From assembly GCA_041652635.1 (NCBI GenBank), contig JBAZGW010000001.1, positions 1 through 62,852 on the forward strand: 62,852 nucleotides of DNA. Direction: 5' to 3'. Below are positions 61,688 to 62,852 of this stretch, one piece after another. Made by a program: the position numbers and the translations under genes. Within the stretch, counting starts at the first letter, position 1. Every line of letters begins with the position of its first letter. The stretch is from Candidatus Omnitrophota bacterium. Its GTDB lineage: Bacteria > Omnitrophota > Gorgyraeia > Gygaellales > Profunditerraquicolaceae. Below the pieces are notes generated by a model. The model searched no databases and was not told the DNA's origin. It was given only the letters and a program-made list of their open reading frames with translations.

Positions 61688-62368
61688 TTATTTACGCGCC
61701 CAGAGTTTTTCGATAAAATCGCCTGCGATCCTGCCGATGATATCCTTACACCCCAGGCCGATGGCGATGGCCACACCCAACCCCAGTGACCCCAGGATGA
61801 TACCGATGGTCAACTCGACGATGCGCGCGCCGATATTCAGATGTTCCATGGCCACGGCGATCACGAAAACCATCACGGTAACTTCCACTATCCTGCTTAA
61901 AAGGCGCCCCTCGGACAACCCGGCGTTACTGGCCGCGGCCGAGATCATGTTCTTCAGCAAATTGGAAATAAATATCCCGACGACAAAAATAAAAACCGCG
62001 GCAATGATATTAGGAATATACAATATCACGCGATTAAGCAGATCCACCGCGACCGTCAAACCTACGGCGTTTATCGCCAGAACGAAAGTGACCAGCATGG
62101 ACAGCCAGTAACAAAGAACGCCCAGCAGTTCCGAAAGGGAATATTTGATGCCGCCCTTTGCCAACAGGCCGTCCATCCCCACCTTTTCGGAAAGACTGTC
62201 CAGTTTCATCCCCCGGAAACCACGCGTTACCGCCGCTTTGATAATACGAGAAATTATCCACCCGGCCAGAAGGATCAACACCACCAAGAAGACATTAACA
62301 AACAGATGGCCTATTTCAGCGAGAATTGTCTTAGCAGGTTCAAGCAACAACGCTTTCCATCCTTCCAT
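61688..62368 (-). CDS. small membrane protein of the conserved-TM-helix / MscS-N-terminal-like family
   Basis: 226 aa with repeated long TM helices (VFLVVLILLAGWIISRIIKAAV, IIAAVFIFVVGIFISNLL, IGIILGSLGLGVAIAIGLG), as in 'conserved TM helix' repeat proteins. Confidence 0.55.
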   Translation of the reverse strand: MEGWKALLLEPAKTILAEIGHLFVNVFLVVLILLAGWIISRIIKAAVTRGFRGMKLDSLSEKVGMDGLLAKGGIKYSLSELLGVLCYWLSMLVTFVLAINAVGLTVAVDLLNRVILYIPNIIAAVFIFVVGIFISNLLKNMISAAASNAGLSEGRLLSRIVEVTVMVFVIAVAMEHLNIGARIVELTIGIILGSLGLGVAIAIGLGCKDIIGRIAGDFIEKLWARK

Positions 62369-62852
62369 AACATCCTCCTCGGGTAAACCGCGTTAAATAC
62401 CGTTTCTCCCCCAAAAACTCCTCTGACAAGCAACGCTCTCCCGTTACGCCACTAATAGTAATAAATTATCATAGCGGCAGGCGCAAGTAAAGCGCTTTCT
62501 CAAGTAAAGATTTATTAAGCACAGCGCGTGGCGTATTGATTCAAAACGATAACAAACAACAATCCTTCATGTTTCTCCCTGATTCCTATTTAAAAATGGT
62601 CTATCGACGGGCACGTCCGTCCTAATGGGTGAGAAATCTATCTCGTCGAGGTATCAACGAGCGCAAAGTTTTCTAAATAGGAATTCGGGATTTCTGCTCC
62701 CACTTACAGGAAGAATTAAGAAAAACCACAAACTCGCAACTTCGCTTATTAATTTTGCCCGTTTACTTGCAGACTTAATTATCTAACAGTCTGCTGAAAA
62801 AGTCCCAATTACGCCATTCTGAGGCCGAAGAGCCTGCCCTGAGCGGTTTTTC

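Overview
This 62.85-kb window has about 70 supportable CDSs, and every one lies on the minus strand. The long plus-strand ORFs in the track are antisense shadows of those genes. The gene content points to an anaerobic, outer-membrane-bearing bacterium: a TonB-dependent receptor, lipoproteins, a HydABC-type [FeFe]-hydrogenase, a V/A-type ATPase and many radical-SAM/Fe-S enzymes. The lineage cannot be assigned from sequence alone.

Layout, left to right:
- (i) 1-7.5 kb: housekeeping and transport genes (DUF1330 fragment, GNAT, cupin, feoAB, ABC ATPase, ClC channel, YhcH-like protein, a triple zinc-ribbon membrane protein, a TRL-like lipoprotein).
- (ii) 7.5-16.65 kb: a corrinoid uptake/salvage island with two cobalamin riboswitches of different architecture. 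One precedes a BtuB-like receptor. The other precedes btuF-btuC-btuD-cobC-cobU-cobT-cobS plus a Dph6-like ATP pyrophosphatase.
- (iii) 16.68-39.09 kb: the stand-out feature, a tightly packed, translationally coupled 21-gene operon that looks like a peptide (RiPP) maturation system. It encodes a 62-aa Gly/Ser/Cys-rich precursor candidate, two radical-SAM/SPASM enzymes, a PqqD-like RRE and an HPr-kinase-like protein. It also encodes a MiaB/RimO-like methylthiotransferase, a QueG-like Fe-S protein, a nucleotidyltransferase and a GT-C glycosyltransferase. The rest are two partner-less YcaO-TPR fusions, three paralogous UbiU/UbiV-like peptidase-U32 pairs, two PP-loop ATP pyrophosphatases and an ABC exporter. 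To my knowledge this combination has not been described.
- (iv) 39.1-47.4 kb: GDT1-family exporter, ICMT-like methyltransferase, NlpC/P60 lipoprotein, coiled-coil protein, MFS transporter, PC4/YdbC-like protein, glycogen phosphorylase and a universal stress protein.
- (v) 47.4-56.0 kb: a nine-gene V/A-type ATPase operon.
- (vi) 56.2-61.1 kb: a TM1266-type regulator and a HydABC-type [FeFe]-hydrogenase operon.
- (vii) Several non-coding elements: a dispersed GGTAACG-rich repeat (three copies, two of them inverted around cobUTS), a tandem hairpin-module array at 43.9-44.2 kb, a 308-bp MITE-like element with 17-bp TIRs and a 5-bp TSD beside the hydrogenase promoter, and short palindromic or purine-rich repeats.

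All family calls rest on motifs read by eye. No database search was run.
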